Below, piece after piece: positions 12,603 to 25,480 of a stretch of DNA of 64,000 nt. Made by a program: the position numbers and the translations under genes. Each line of letters begins with the position of its first letter. Within the stretch, counting starts at the first letter, position 1. The notes under the pieces were generated by a model, which was not told the origin of the DNA, did no database searches, and was given only the letters and a program-made list of their open reading frames with translations. Where the stretch lies: assembly GCF_026571515.1 (NCBI RefSeq), contig NW_026855510.1, forward strand, positions 62,001 through 126,000. The letters are read 5' to 3'. This DNA comes from Ruditapes philippinarum (taxonomy: Eukaryota).

Positions 12603-14378
12603 TAGAGAATAACATGCTACTGTCTTTTGATATCAATTTTATCAGGCGAGGCTGATATGGGCTAGAAAGGGCGAGGCTTGCCGAGCCCTTTCTGCCCATA
12701 TCAGCCGAGCCTGATAAAATTGATATCAAAAGACAGTAGCATGTTTTTCTATTTATCATGTAACACATAATAACTGTCAAAATAACAAAATAATCTACTT
12801 TTAAATATCGAATTTCGTTAAAAAGGGGGATTTTTGTTTAAAGAAATAATTCTTGAAAATAAATTCCTCCGCCCCTGAAACTTTGAATTTATAAATGGCG
12901 GCCATTTTTTGTTTCGATTCGGATAAAAGATACAACAGAATGTAGGCCTTATACGATAAAATTCTTACCTTTAATTTAAACATCAAACCAAAAATCCACT
13001 TAGAATCACATAAACTAAACTTTACTGCAATTTTTGTCTTGAATTGTCAAATTCAAAAGTTCACGATAATTTCAATCAAAGAAAAGTCAAATCGGCAATC
13101 AAACACAAGCTACACAAACATGCGTCTTATTTTTTAAAGTTCACTTATTAAATAGTAATCCGGCGAAATAAAGTAAACATTTACAAGTTCTCAAAGAAAA
13201 TCGTCTAGCCTGTTTGTTATGAGTACTGGCATGCGAGCAGTTCCCGTACAAAAATCGTAGTGACTTAAACATTATTTTTTATTACGCTCACTCACCAAAA
13301 TTTGAACGTTACACATCAATATTCGGCTCGTCACACAAATCATGGAAATTCCATCATGTTCTAAACATAGAATAACCCTTAGTTATGAGGCCTCATATGG
13401 GGTACCGAAATTATCCATTATTTTGTATGAAGAGAAGTAGTTCCCGTACATAAAATTTAACCCATTATAATTATACAATTTTGTTATATCAGACCTATTT
13501 TTCATTTATAATTGTTGAACAGACCATTTTCTAAGAGATTAATAGATGTAATTCAGGAAATAGAAAGTAGACTAAACGCGTGTATCTATTACCCGGTACC
13601 GTTACCCCCAACGCATTCACATGCGATGGCATGCTTGTATGCATGATATTTTACGCATCAAAGCCATAAAATTATTTTATATAGTAATATTGGTCAAAAT
13701 TCTGATAATTAAACAAGTTTTCATCACATTGCCTTGTTATCTGTAAACAGGTGGTATAAGTGGAAAACCCTTTAACATGCCTCACGTGTAAGTATGTTTG
13801 CGCATGCGCGCAAGGACGGAATCCCCCAGATAAAACAAGGTCACGTTTTGACAACGCACAGGTGAAAGTGATTTAAAATGAGACTTTTTATACGTACTGC
13901 CGAACTGATACTAAGATTTTGTCTCGTTTATATATCTTCTTGATTTGAAATGAATTTTTGAAGAATGCATGTAAAAATCAAGCGTTTAAATGAAAAATAC
14001 GGGTACTGCTTCTGTACGGGAACTGCTCGCATGCCAGTACATGTATAGAATGACGTGAACATCGAATCGATGATGTCATTTGCAATATAAATTATGACGT
14101 CACTTCATTTAGTTGGTACTAAAACTATTCGCTATCTAATTTATTCGTAATTGAAATCGAAATTATAAATAAATATCACATCTTGATTCAAGACTTGTAA
14201 GGGTATTAGATTACATTGTAGAATTCACATGCTGGTGAAAATGAGAATATAACCAATTGAAAAAAGTCCGTTAAAATGGGCGGGGCTTATTTTTGATATC
14301 AGGTTACTGACCTGATATCAAAAATAATTATCAGGCAAGTGTTATCGGGCAGTTACCATAGCAGTTGCATGATAAATA
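12603..14378 (+). mobile_element. Long hairpin/internal-complement element (Crypton-like) carrying a nested TIR element
   Basis: TAGAGAATAACATG start and a near-perfect palindrome of about 145 bp centred on CGAGGCTTGCCGAG. Internal CTATTTATCATGTAAC (12749-12764) is complementary to the end GTTGCATGATAAATA. Confidence 0.65.
13226..14037. mobile_element. Non-autonomous TIR DNA transposon with TA target duplication (Tc1/mariner-type TSD)
   Basis: 25-bp perfect TIR CTGGCATGCGAGCAGTTCCCGTACA / TGTACGGGAACTGCTCGCATGCCAG, flanked by TA at 13224-13225 and 14038-14039. No transposase ORF. Confidence 0.8.
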
Positions 14379-14499
14379 TGCATGAGGGCTAATTGTATCT
14401 TAACTGAAAAGTATAACAAAAATTACCGGATCTTAATTTTTTTATTTCATTTTATGTATACTTTATAAAATGCGTGAAGATACAAAGCGTAAAATTGAA

Positions 14500-14715
14500 A
14501 TTGGGTTTTTCGTCGCACCAACACTGAAGAGGTCAATTGGTATCTTTCCACCTTAACTGGTGTCCCTCCATGTATCACGTGCACCTAAGTAGAAGCTCCA
14601 ACATTTCATAAGGTAATTGGATAGCTTCTACACACGAAGCTATCAAATGTCCCTAGCGGGATTCGGAACCAAAGTGATGAGGGGTACGTGGTTTGAAGAT
14701 AACGACCTAAACTTT
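14500..14715 (-). mobile_element. Degenerate tRNA-derived SINE, same family as 42270-42460
   Basis: Reverse complement of the GAAGCTATCCA...GGTTCTAC core, a CCCCTCA...GGTTC-GAATCC B-box-like head and a GTGCGACG tail. Confidence 0.55.
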
Positions 14716-14734
14716 CTTTGGTTACTGATAGTAC

Positions 14735-15753
14735 TATCATATAACAAATTCTGTTCATTAAGTGGACATGCATATAACAACTCAGAGGATTGAGGAGACC
14801 ACCGTGTAACAAATTGCCTTCATTGAGAGGACAACCGTCTAACAAACCCTGAGCATTGATTAGACATACCTATATTATATTAGAAATACCTATATTAATA
14901 TAACTCTATTCATAAACGTCGAGCATTGAGCCGTCAACCAAATAAAAAAACTCTGCTCATTAGGTAGACAACCGTGAACAAATTTAATTCATTGAGTTGA
15001 CAACCATAAAGCAAATTCTGATCATTGAGGTACCAATTTTGTCCATTGAGGTGACAATCATATAACGAATTCTGTTAACTGAGTTGACAACCATATAACA
15101 AATTCTGTTCATTGAGTTGACAACCATATAGCAAATTCTGTTAACTGAGTTGACAACCATATAACAAATTCGGTTCACTGAGTTGACAACCATAAAACAT
15201 ATTCTGTTCACTGAATTGACAACCATATAACAAAGTCTGTTCATTGAGTTGACAACCATATAGCAAATCTGTTAACTGAGTTGACAACCATATAACAAAT
15301 TCTGTTCATTGAGTTGACAACCATATAAAAAATTCTTTTCATTAAGTTGACAACCATATATATATATAACAAATTATGTTCATTATGACGACAACCATAT
15401 AGCAAATTCTGTTCATTGAGTTGACAACCATATAGCAAATTCTGTTCATTGAGTTGACAACCATATAGCAAATTCTGTTCATTGAGTCGACAACCATATA
15501 GAAAACTATGTTCATCGAGTTGACAACCATATAAAAATTGTTCATTGAGTTGACAACCATATAACAAATTCTGTTCATTGAGGTGACAACCATATTACAA
15601 AATCTGACAACCATATAGCAAATTTTGTTCACTGAGTTGACAACCATATAACAATGTTACAAAATTTTGTTCATTGAGATGACAACCATATAGCAAATTC
15701 TGTTCATTGATTTGACAACCATATCAACAAACTCCGGTAATTGAGTTGACAAC
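14735..15753. repeat. 33-bp minisatellite (CAACCATATAACAAATTCTGTTCATTGAGTTGA)n
   Basis: More than 20 head-to-tail units, degenerate at the left edge. It explains the spurious 11-aa-repeat ORFs. Confidence 0.92.
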
Positions 15754-16096
15754 TGTTTATGGAGCAGACAAGATGGTTAAATGTAAAGAAAGTTATAAGC
15801 GACAAATCATTAATTAATTTGACTTCTTACTTTTATTTGGTTTATCATTAGAGAGATTTAAAGATTTGTTTATTTCTTATTCTATAAGTCACTGAACACT
15901 GAACAAAAATAAAATATAAATTAATTACTGTCAGATCAGTATTTACTGAATGCAATAGGAAATAGGATAAGAGACCATTTCTTTTGTTATTTTCTTTTGT
16001 TTAATAGAGGGTCATGTGCCCCTTATTCTACTATTATGGAATATACTTATTCGGTTGTGCGTACAGACACCGGACGAAAAGCGATCACTATAGCTC

Positions 16097-17760
16097 TGTA
16101 GGAGCACATTTGTCTCAGAACACATTTGCCTTACTAGGTGTGACCGATGTGTTCGAAAATATTCATATTTGCGACAAATTGGAAATGAAACGGATGTGTT
16201 CGACACACAATAGAAAGGACACTCGAAGCACATTTGTCTCACATTCTTCCATAAAATTCTACTTAAAAAACTGTTCTGCTTAGTACATTGTAATTGTACG
16301 TGCGCACGCGATAACAATTATGTGCGCACGCGGATAGGTATTCCGCAGTTGGACACTTAACGGGCTTCCTCGCATGTATAGTTCGACGCCCCGAGTAAGT
16401 GTCGAACCTACAGCGGTTAGGGACAAGTGAGGCCCCTAAATGAACTAAGGAAGAAAATGTGAAGACCATCCACGTATTGTGTGTTCATCAGAATGTATAT
16501 ATAAAAATATCGCCGAGAATCCGAGAATTGCTGCTTTCAGACCCGCCATTGAAAAAGCACTAACAACATGCATGAGTTCCTTAATGAATCCGGGTAATGC
16601 CAAAATTATGATATCGGGCCTCGCAGAATCAGACGAGACGCGACATTCAGACGAGACACGAAGCGAGACACGAAATTATAACACGAGATCTCGCAATGTC
16701 AAAGTATCCCGTACCACAGGATTTCACAGTAGAATACCGTGCCTCCATTTCATGTTTTACCGGGATTTCGCTTTTCGTGTATCTCGTTTAAAGACGTCTA
16801 AATTTAAGCTGTTTTCTGTTTAAATTCCATCATGGATATGTTTTTGACATTTTGGTAGAAAAAATGCGGGCAAAGGTTGTATTTGATAAAGTGAATTTCA
16901 ATTTTAGAATGGGTGGTTCTTCCACATCACAGCAGTGTGATTTTAAAGTGATTTTACATCAGCAAATGTGACGCTAGCAACTTTTCTTATATGATAGATG
17001 ACACATATTTTTCTCATCATTTTATATCAGTTTATCATAACTCTTTAAAAAAGATAAGGATTTGATCGCTAAAATTGGACTAGCTATGTTTTTAGCACTT
17101 TTTATATAGAAAATAATGGGAATACTATTTAGCGGTATATGGCCTCAAAGGATTTTCTTGTCTCGCGTCGACGTACCGGATGCGAAGCGAGACGCGAGAT
17201 TCCGGCGAGATGCAATGGCAGATTTGTGAAATCACGATGATGCGTTAACACAATGGTGAAAATAATATCACGTTTTCATTATCATGCCATCGCAGTTTCA
17301 TTAACGATACATTGTATTTCCACCATCGTAACATTGTGTTTTCACCATCGTAACATAACGTTTTCATCATTGTGTCTTCGTTGTTTCACCATCGTACCAT
17401 CGTTGTTTCACGTTCATACCATCGTGTTTTTACAATCGTACCATTGCGCCATCGCGCTTTCACCATTGTACCATCGGGTACGTGAACGGGATTCCGCTTG
17501 TTTCATTGTACGCCTTCAGGTTTAGTCAATCAAATTTCTTGAATTAGAGATATTAGAATAAATAGTTCCACTGTAGTTTTTAGGTTAAAGATTTTATTTA
17601 AAAAAGCATTAGCAAACCTATTGATTATAACACAAAACGGCAAACCTTTAAAAAAATCTGCCTTGTGATAATATTATACAAATAATTCAAAAAAAATGAC
17701 ATGAGACAAATGTGCTTTTTGTCCCTTAAAAAGCACGAGACAAATGTGCTTTGTCCTACA
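16097..17760. mobile_element. Composite TIR element (TGTAGGA..GCACATTTGTCTC / GAGACAAATGTGC..TCCTACA)
   Basis: Left-end motif at 16097-16120 is repeated at about 16227. Its reverse complement occurs twice at 17703-17760. The element contains a CACCATCG 22-bp array at 17230-17480. No clear TSD. Confidence 0.55.
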
Positions 17761-18288
17761 AAGCAAACTCAATTGAACTGCAAGCCAGATACGTTTTTTT
17801 TAAATGGGCCACTGTATCGATTACAAGGCGAAATAAAACATAGAATATATTTTAAATATATACATCCCGTGTCATAAAAAGGCAATAGAGATGGAAGGAG
17901 TAGAATCTTTAACGCTAATTACAGTTTATTTTATCAGTGTATTTGTATATAGATTACTCGACATGCAATGTATATAAAGTGCAATTATAAAACTATCACG
18001 TGGCCTCTTTGATTTTCTCACTGTGTAACATGCCGGTTGCATAATCTCTTAATTTTCGTTTCACCGCTTGCATAATTTCTTAATCCAATATAATACATTG
18101 CTTATTACTTGTCCAACAAGAATTCTTAATCTGCTACACTGTATAGCATTGCAATATGTGATAATCAAGACTAGGTATTTATGATGTAACATATGTATTA
18201 AATATTAATCACTTTCATCATCAAAATATATTATTTTTCAATTAAGGAAACAGCTTATAATTGTATAATTCTCATATATTTTATTTAG

Positions 18289-19989
18289 ATTCGATGCACA
18301 AGACGAATAAAGAGCTTAAACCTCCGTCAGCTTACAATCCAGAATATAATTACACCCTTATCCAGGTACTTATCTGTCTGATATATATATCACTTGTGCT
18401 GTTACCTGTTAAGCAATTCACTGATAATTGCAATTTAAGTGAATATCAAAATTGTATAACTAGTATCAAAATTGTATCACTAGAATGCACTTAATCCGTC
18501 ATTGTACAAAGAATAATGTTAAAAAGAAATTGTAATTCAAACATTCCATGCGAATAATACTGTAATAGTCATAAATTATATCCGTCATTCCAATGGCTGT
18601 AGAGGAATTCAAATAACTAGTTTTGGCTCAAGTTGATAAAACTAAAGATGTAAAAGGTATAATTGCGTTAGATGTACCAGTTTCCATTTTCATTTATAGA
18701 TATACTCTTTCAAACATAGCCTGCATTTTTAAACAATTGTTTTGTTTTAAATACTTTCGGGGATTCTCATTTTAGAATTTTAAGACTTTTTTTTTCTAAT
18801 GTGAATGAATGAAATAAGTGTTGCTGTTTTTTTGCAGAGCAGAATGCATACTTTGTTGATTGAACGTAACAATTTGGAAAACAGACTTAAATTGAATAAA
18901 GCGTGTACAGATCAAAGTACGCCACAACATACCGCTTTAGATCCCGATAAAATACAGGACAAAGTTTGGATAGAAAGAAAGCACTCTATTCTCTTTTGCG
19001 GGTTACCAAAGGTAGGATCGACATTTTGGAAGAGAACATTAACAGTGTTAGCAAGTGGTACAAAGAAATCTCCGTTTCAGCTGACATTAGGAAGTGTGCA
19101 ACTTGTACATTTCGTTGATTTTAAAAGTCAAATGAGTAGAAAGAATTTAGAGGGATATCTAAAAAGTGTTAGCTCTTTTCTATTTGTCCGGGATCCCTAT
19201 AGTAGATTATTTTCAGGATATGAGCACAAGTTATACAATCCAAATTTAAGTTTTTGGAAGTCGTATGGAGTACCAATTGTGAAGACAATAAGAAAGAATC
19301 CATCAAAAGAGAGCCTGAAATTTGGTCATGATGTAACATTTGCTGAGTTTGTACAGTATATCTTGAAGCAAAATGATAATAATGAAAGAATAAATACTCA
19401 CTTTAAACCAATGTATCAGAAATGTGACCCTTGCGGACTTCCATATGACTTCATTGGACATCTAGAAACATTTAAACAAGACGCTGAGTATCTTTTTGAC
19501 AGATGGAGAAACCAGTTTTCAGACTTCAATATTCATTTTGGTGATTTTGAAAAGGAAACTGTATTAGATACTGCTAAAAGCCTTATTGGCCTATCATTTA
19601 GATCATATTCAGCCATTAAAAGTGATTTCAAATATCCATTTTATAACTTACTTCTAAGAGTATGGAGTGATCTCCAAATTCGAGGTTATTTATCTAAGGA
19701 TATTCCTTTTCCATATAATCAGCACGATGTAGAAAGTTTAACCACCTCAAAGATGCTGAAAACTGTATCTGATGCTTTGGAGATTAAAGTAAATAAAACT
19801 GCTGTTAAACTGCAGAGGCAAGAGTCATTGCAACAAGCATACAGTACTGTGTCTCTTGAAGACATGGAAAGACTTCGTAAATATGTTCTTAAAGATTGTC
19901 AACTGTTTAGTTATGATGATAGACCGAAACTACTTTTTGATAGGAAAAATATGTTGAACAATGAACATATTTACATGGCAGGCATTTAA
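18289..19989 (+). CDS. Carbohydrate sulfotransferase (Sulfotransfer_2, CHST11-like), array copy 1; exons 18289-18365 and 18838-19989; first (TM) exon not securely placed
   Basis: 5'-PSB motif FCGLPKVGSTFW, 3'-PB motif FLFVRDPYSRLFSGY, and CDPC..YDFIGHLETF. Splice sites TTTAG|AT, CAG|GTACT and TTTGCAG|AGC have the same phases as copies 3 and 4. A weak exon-1 candidate lies at 17891-17969. Confidence 0.88.
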
Positions 19990-20417
19990 GCTATATCAAA
20001 AGCTTTGTCATATGTAATTTTCTGAAAAGAAAATTAATCCAACTGACGGTGCAATGTTTACTCACCCATAATGTTTATATTCGGATACTCGAACTTCATG
20101 TCGAGATAATTTTGGAAATATTTCCCTATTGTATAGATATTATACGAACAACAGTTTTTATTTAAACCGTTGTATTTATATTTGATATGCATCAGTGATT
20201 ATTGATGTATTAATTCTTTTGTTTTGTCTTCCATTGACATGTGTATATTATACAATTGTTAATATAAGAGAGTGTATTATTTTTTTATATCTAATAAAGG
20301 GTTTTTAACGCAGAACATGTACCATTATCTGTTTCTATTTATTTTTGTGTACTAATCAACTTGCGTGGTACTGTATTAACCATCTTTCTGTTATCATTTT
20401 TATAGATGTTTTATGCA

Positions 20418-21480
20418 TAAGGGTTCAAAGGGAGGTAACTGTTCCACTAAAAAAAGAAAAAGAGTCGACTAGAGTGACCTCCCCTGATAACATTGCAAAA
20501 GGCGTAAGGGTTGTAAGGGAGGTAACTGTTCCGCTCAAAAAGAGTCGACTAGAATAGCCTCCCCTGATAACATTGCAAATGGCGTAAAAGTTCCAAGGGA
20601 GGTAACTTTTCCACTAAAAAACAGTCGCCTAGAGTGACCGCCCCTGATGACATTACACATGGATTTAACTCAATACAGGATTGGAGCAGTACCTCTAGAC
20701 GCTTGCAGAAATCATGATCACAAAATATACAATTATCGTTTTTTTCGCCGATTTTTATATTTTTTATTCATTATCGTACATAAATCGGTGTGAAAAGATG
20801 AATTATACCTATTAAAGTTCATTCCGTTGGGTTTAAAAAAGGCAAGATTTTAGCATTTTATGGTTCAAGCGCGTTGCCCGGTATATACCGGAATACGGTA
20901 TTTAGTGTGGTGCTCCAATCCTTTTTTTAGTCTCACTCATTACACATGGCGTAAGGGTTCCAAGGGAGGTAACTGTTCCACTAAAAACAGTCTCCTAGAG
21001 TGACCTCCCCTGATTACAATGCAAATGGCTTAAGGGTTCTAAGAGAGGTAACTGTTCCACTAAAACACAGTCGACAAGAGTGACCTCCCCTGATAACATT
21101 GCAAATGGCGTAAGGGTTCATAGGGAGGTAACTGTTGCACACAAAAAAGAGTCAATTAGAGTGATCTCCCCTTATTAAGAGTAGGTTAGAATGACTTCCC
21201 CTGAAAACAATGCAAATGGCGTAAGGATTCAATGGGAGGTGACTGTAACGTTAAAAAAAGAGTTGATTAGAGTGCTTCCCTGATACCATTGCAAATGGCA
21301 TAAGGGTTCAAAGGAGGTAACAGTTGCGCTCAAATAAGGAATTGATTAGACTGACCTCCCGTGATACCATTACAAATGGCGTAAGTATTCCAAAGGGAGG
21401 CTACTGTCGCGCTAAAAAAAGAATCGGTTCGATTGACCTCTTCTGATAACAATGTTAATGGTGTAAGGAATCCAAAGGGA
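20418..21480. repeat. About 80-bp tandem repeat (AAGGGTTCCAAGGGAGGTAACTGTT...GACCTCCCCTGATAACATTGCAAATGGCGT), interrupted at 20663-20937
   Basis: About 10 units, with divergence increasing rightwards. Each unit carries an internal GGGAGGT/ACCTCCC inverted pair. Confidence 0.88.
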
Positions 21481-22794
21481 GATCTTTTGCTATTTATAAG
21501 GGTTCAAAAAAACTTTGCAAAGAACATTGCATGGTTTGCATGTAAGAAGTTTTTAAAAACTTTTTATTCTGTATTTAGATTTTGAAGCTCCTTCTAAATA
21601 AGATTTAACTTCTCAACTCCTATTAATATTTTATTTCTCCTAATTAGGATTTTAAAATCAGGACCAAAACGCCTTTATAACGAGATTTTCGACCATGCGA
21701 CCACATACATGCATCGAGGACATGTTTAAAAGAAAGTGACCGTGCGACCACATACACGCATCACAAGATTCCCCTTCTCTTACGAGAAAGGGACAAAGGG
21801 TTGTCCGCCCTTTTATATAAGGCAGACTTAAAAATATGCCATTGCCTTATGTTATTGATAAGGAGGCTAATATTCGCAGATATGTCGTGAATTGATTAAT
21901 ATACAACAATAGTAACGCAAACCAAGCGGGTTATCAGTTAACGTCTTTTTAAGTCCGCTATGAAATTTTAAAAAGATAATATATAACTTCTTGGAAAATC
22001 TTAAGTTTCAAGTTTTTTCTTCTATGTATATAACAGAATTACTGTATAACAGGATTATTTTAATTTTGCAAAACATGAACGTTTCAAAAACGTTTTATAT
22101 GCATTAGATATTGGAGATATATTTCACACGTTGTTTTCAAATATTATCCTGGGGGCATTTTTGCCGAAGTACTGTCTCAGGCAACAGGACAACAATAACT
22201 TGAGCCTATGTTTACATGTTGATAAAATTGATGCGAAAACTAGATAAAGCAGACTGAAGCCTAATAAATGAAACACAAAGTAAAACGTCATATTTTCATG
22301 TGCCTTGATAGCGCAGTATGCAGAGCGCGTCCGTGTCTATGTTATTTCATGCATTTAGATGATCTTTCATAGTAAGGTACATTTGAGTGTTTTATGTATC
22401 TTTTTCTTATTTGACCAGTTTTGTTTCAAATACAAATGCATTAGATAGAATAATTTTGTACACAGGTTGATAATGTAGTTGTGTTAAGTTTGTGGAAAAC
22501 GTCAAACATCAGGAAAAAGCATTATCAGAAATGTAAGAAATATAATGAAATGAAGTGTGTTATATATTGATCCATCTATTCAAATTATTATTATTTCGTA
22601 ATCGTAGTGTGTTTAAAATTGTTTGATTTTTAAAATGTTAAAAATCACTAGAAATGTAGTTAGTTTCTTTACAAAGAGTGGGACAAAAATGAAATAAAAA
22701 AGAAACATAAAATAGAAGTAGAAATTTAAAAGAACCAAATACATGTATATTCAAATGATCATACAAAAGACAGACAAAATGAAAAAGGGAGAAA

Positions 22795-22833
22795 AACAAC
22801 AACAACAACAACAACAACATCATCATCATCATA
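22795..22833. repeat. (CAA)n(CAT)n microsatellite
   Basis: Seen directly in the sequence. Confidence 0.9.
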
Positions 22834-23744
22834 GTAACATGGCAGAGCGAAGTGTTCAAAATAATTCAAAGTTACTGTGACGTTGATTTACCAATTGAGC
22901 TTCTATACGACGGTACACATTTTTTTAGAATTAAACTACATGTATGTATAGCTGTTGACACTTTCAATCTCAAATAATATGCAGACTTACCCTATGGAAC
23001 TTTCCAAAGTACCGTTAAGTTAAGACCAAATTATTATCACAGGACATTATGGACAATATACATTTAATTTCTATATTCGTTTTATTCTATTTGAGACAGA
23101 AAAGTAATGTGATAAGCTGCAAGAAAAAATAAATAGATAGAACTTGAGCAGCACGCTAAAAATATGTTACTGGTAAGACTACATACATGTATTTGCAAGT
23201 CTTATCATACCTGCTGAATTTGATCGTTACTAAAGTATGAAGTAGGCCAAAAAGTTGCGATCATGCAGTCATGCAGACCTTCATCCGTGAGACGTCATTT
23301 TATGATCTCCTCGAGAAAGTTCCCTATCAAAAGAGATACCTTAATTTCAGCTACATCTACCCTAAGTTCTTACCGTAATCTAACGCTGCATACGTAGAGA
23401 CTTTTTTTCTTTCTTTTTTTTTAATTCGTTTTTTTTTCCTTCAGAAAATAGCTGTAGAGATCCTGTTGATAAATTAAAAGGATACAAGACTTTTAATCTA
23501 TTTTAACGCAAGATCAGGCCTTTTGCCTAAATTGAATTACGCCCCTGCCCGGGCAAGTTTTAATTTAATAGGGAAAACAGGGAAGATAAATTCCATGGGG
23601 CATTTAAAATGCAAAACATATAAAAAGTTAATAAAACGCAATTAGATGCGTTTTTAAAGGATGCCCAGTGAAAATTTTTAAGTAATAGCTTTTCATTAAA
23701 GATTTAAATTGAAGCTGGAATTTAAAAAGTTTTAACAAATAAAA

Positions 23745-24175
23745 ATGGTGCGATGGTACGAGGTGAAAAAAAAGGGTTGTACGAAAGGGGAAACCGATGT
23801 CATGGGACGGCACATTTTAAAGCACATGGGGACATGGTAAGCCCGATGGTTTTCTGGAAAAAAAAATTGTACGATGGTGAAAACGCGATGGTACGATGGT
23901 GAAAGCGCGATGACACGATGGTGAAAACGCGATGGCACAATGATGAAAACGCGATGGAACGATGATGAAAACACGATGTCGCGATGGTGCGATGGTACGA
24001 TGGTGAAAACGCGATGATACGATGGTGAAATCGCGATGGTCTGATGTTGAAATCGCGATGTCGCATCGCGTTTTCACCATCGTGTCATCGCGCTTTCACC
24101 ATCGTACTATCGCGTTTTCACCATCGTACCATCATGCCATCGCGTTTTCACCATCGTGCGATCGTGCATCGCGGG
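23745..24175. repeat. Inverted pair of 22-bp tandem arrays (ACGATGGTGAAAACGCGATGGT)n / reverse complement
   Basis: Forward units at about 23870-24060 switch to reverse-complement units at about 24063-24175. A related array lies at 17230-17480. Confidence 0.8.
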
Positions 24176-24403
24176 TACAGACTTAAACAAGTTAGATATT
24201 TATACGCCGGCAGTAGAATTTTTGTTAAAGTCAGTAATTGAAGTTACACAACTTGTAAAATATGTATACGGAAGGCCTATATCGAATGCAGGAAAAAAGG
24301 AATTCTAACTTCCTTTTATCTTGTATAGTTATGTGCTGTGGCGATCCTACATGAAAATTTTATGTACATGGGGTCACAAAAATTGCACTGTGTGTATATT
24401 ATG

Positions 24404-25480
24404 AACAAAAGTTCGTAGAACACTTAACATCCCCCCTTCACACATTCTGTTAGTGACCTTTGACCTCCTGATCTTAAAAACAATAGGGGTCATCTGTGAA
24501 TGATGATCAACTTCCCTACCAACTTTATTGATCATAGGACAAAACGTACTGAAGCTATCATTCAAAATGGTCTTACCATTTAAGGCCACTTGACCTTGAC
24601 CTACTAATCTCAAAATAAATAGGGGAAATATACCAGTGATGATTAAATGATTGATTCTGAGCAATGAATAAGCATTTCGGGTCACTGTGACCTTGACCTT
24701 TGACGTAATGACCTTAAAATGAATGGGGGTCATCTGCCAGAGGTTATCAACCCCATATCAACTTCCATAACCCAGGACAAAAAGCGTACTCAAGTTATCC
24801 TTCGGAAATTGTTTAAGCATTTTCGGTCACTTTGACCTTGATTTTTGACCTACTGAACCCAAAATCAATAGGTGTCATGTGCCAATGATGGATAACCTTC
24901 ATATAAACCTTCATGATCATAGGCCAAAGCGTTCTCGTTATTATCCCCAAAATGGTTTTACCATTTTGGGTAAGTGTGAGCCTGACTTTTGACCTACTGA
25001 TCTCAAAATCAATAAGGGTCATTTGTCAATTATAACGAACCACCATTTGATAATCCTAGGCCAAAGCATACTCAAGTTATTGTACGGAAACGGCCAAAGC
25101 ATACTCAAGTTATTGTCCTGAAATGGTTTAAGCATTTTGGGTCACTGTGTCCTTGACCTTTGAACTATTGACCCAAAATCATTAAGGGTCGTCTACCAAT
25201 GATGACCAACCTCCGTATCAGCATTCATGATCCTGGGCCAGTGTTCTCAATTGACCATCAGAAAAAGGTTTAACCATTTCGGCTCATTGAGAGCTTGACC
25301 TTTGACCTACTGACTTCAAAATCAATAACAGTCATCTGTCAGTGATGACCAACCTCCCTATCAACTTTCATGATCCTAGGCCGAAGCGTTAACAAGTTAT
25401 CATCGTGAAACGAAAAGGTTATAGACCGAGCGACCGACATCAGCGAAACAAAGTCCTTCTTCTTCGAAGGGGGCATAAAA
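24404..25480 (+). mobile_element. HINE/pearl-type (Helentron-associated) element with internal tandem repeats of about 155 bp
   Basis: Starts AACAAAAG. Sub-terminal CATCCCCCCTTC is inverted to the terminal GAAGGGGGCAT. It has repeated GACCTTGACCTTTGACC units, a GACC-type microsatellite remnant, and a terminal hairpin CCTTCTTCTTCGAAGG followed by an A-run. Confidence 0.75.

Noticed and set aside
14735-15753. 33-bp repeats as a CRISPR array or repeat protein (MVVNSMNRICY)n
   Set aside because: The units are contiguous with no unique spacers, there are no cas genes and the context is eukaryotic. The ORFs arise because 33 is a multiple of 3.
18805-18837. ORF-track starts of the sulfotransferases (18805, 33604, 39737, 45973)
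   Set aside because: They are intronic or internal. Splice acceptors at 18837, 39745 and 45954 define the exon starts.
20418-21480. 80-bp repeats with internal palindrome as CRISPR or tRNA array
   Set aside because: The whole unit is repeated without spacers, and there is no cloverleaf or A/B boxes.
21560-21670. Similarity to 42575-42700
   Set aside because: It is probably an old repeat fragment, but no ends or class could be defined.
23732-24241. His/Arg-rich ORFs (SRFHHR repeats), also 17253-17525
   Set aside because: They are by-products of the 22-bp array, open in several frames and on both strands.
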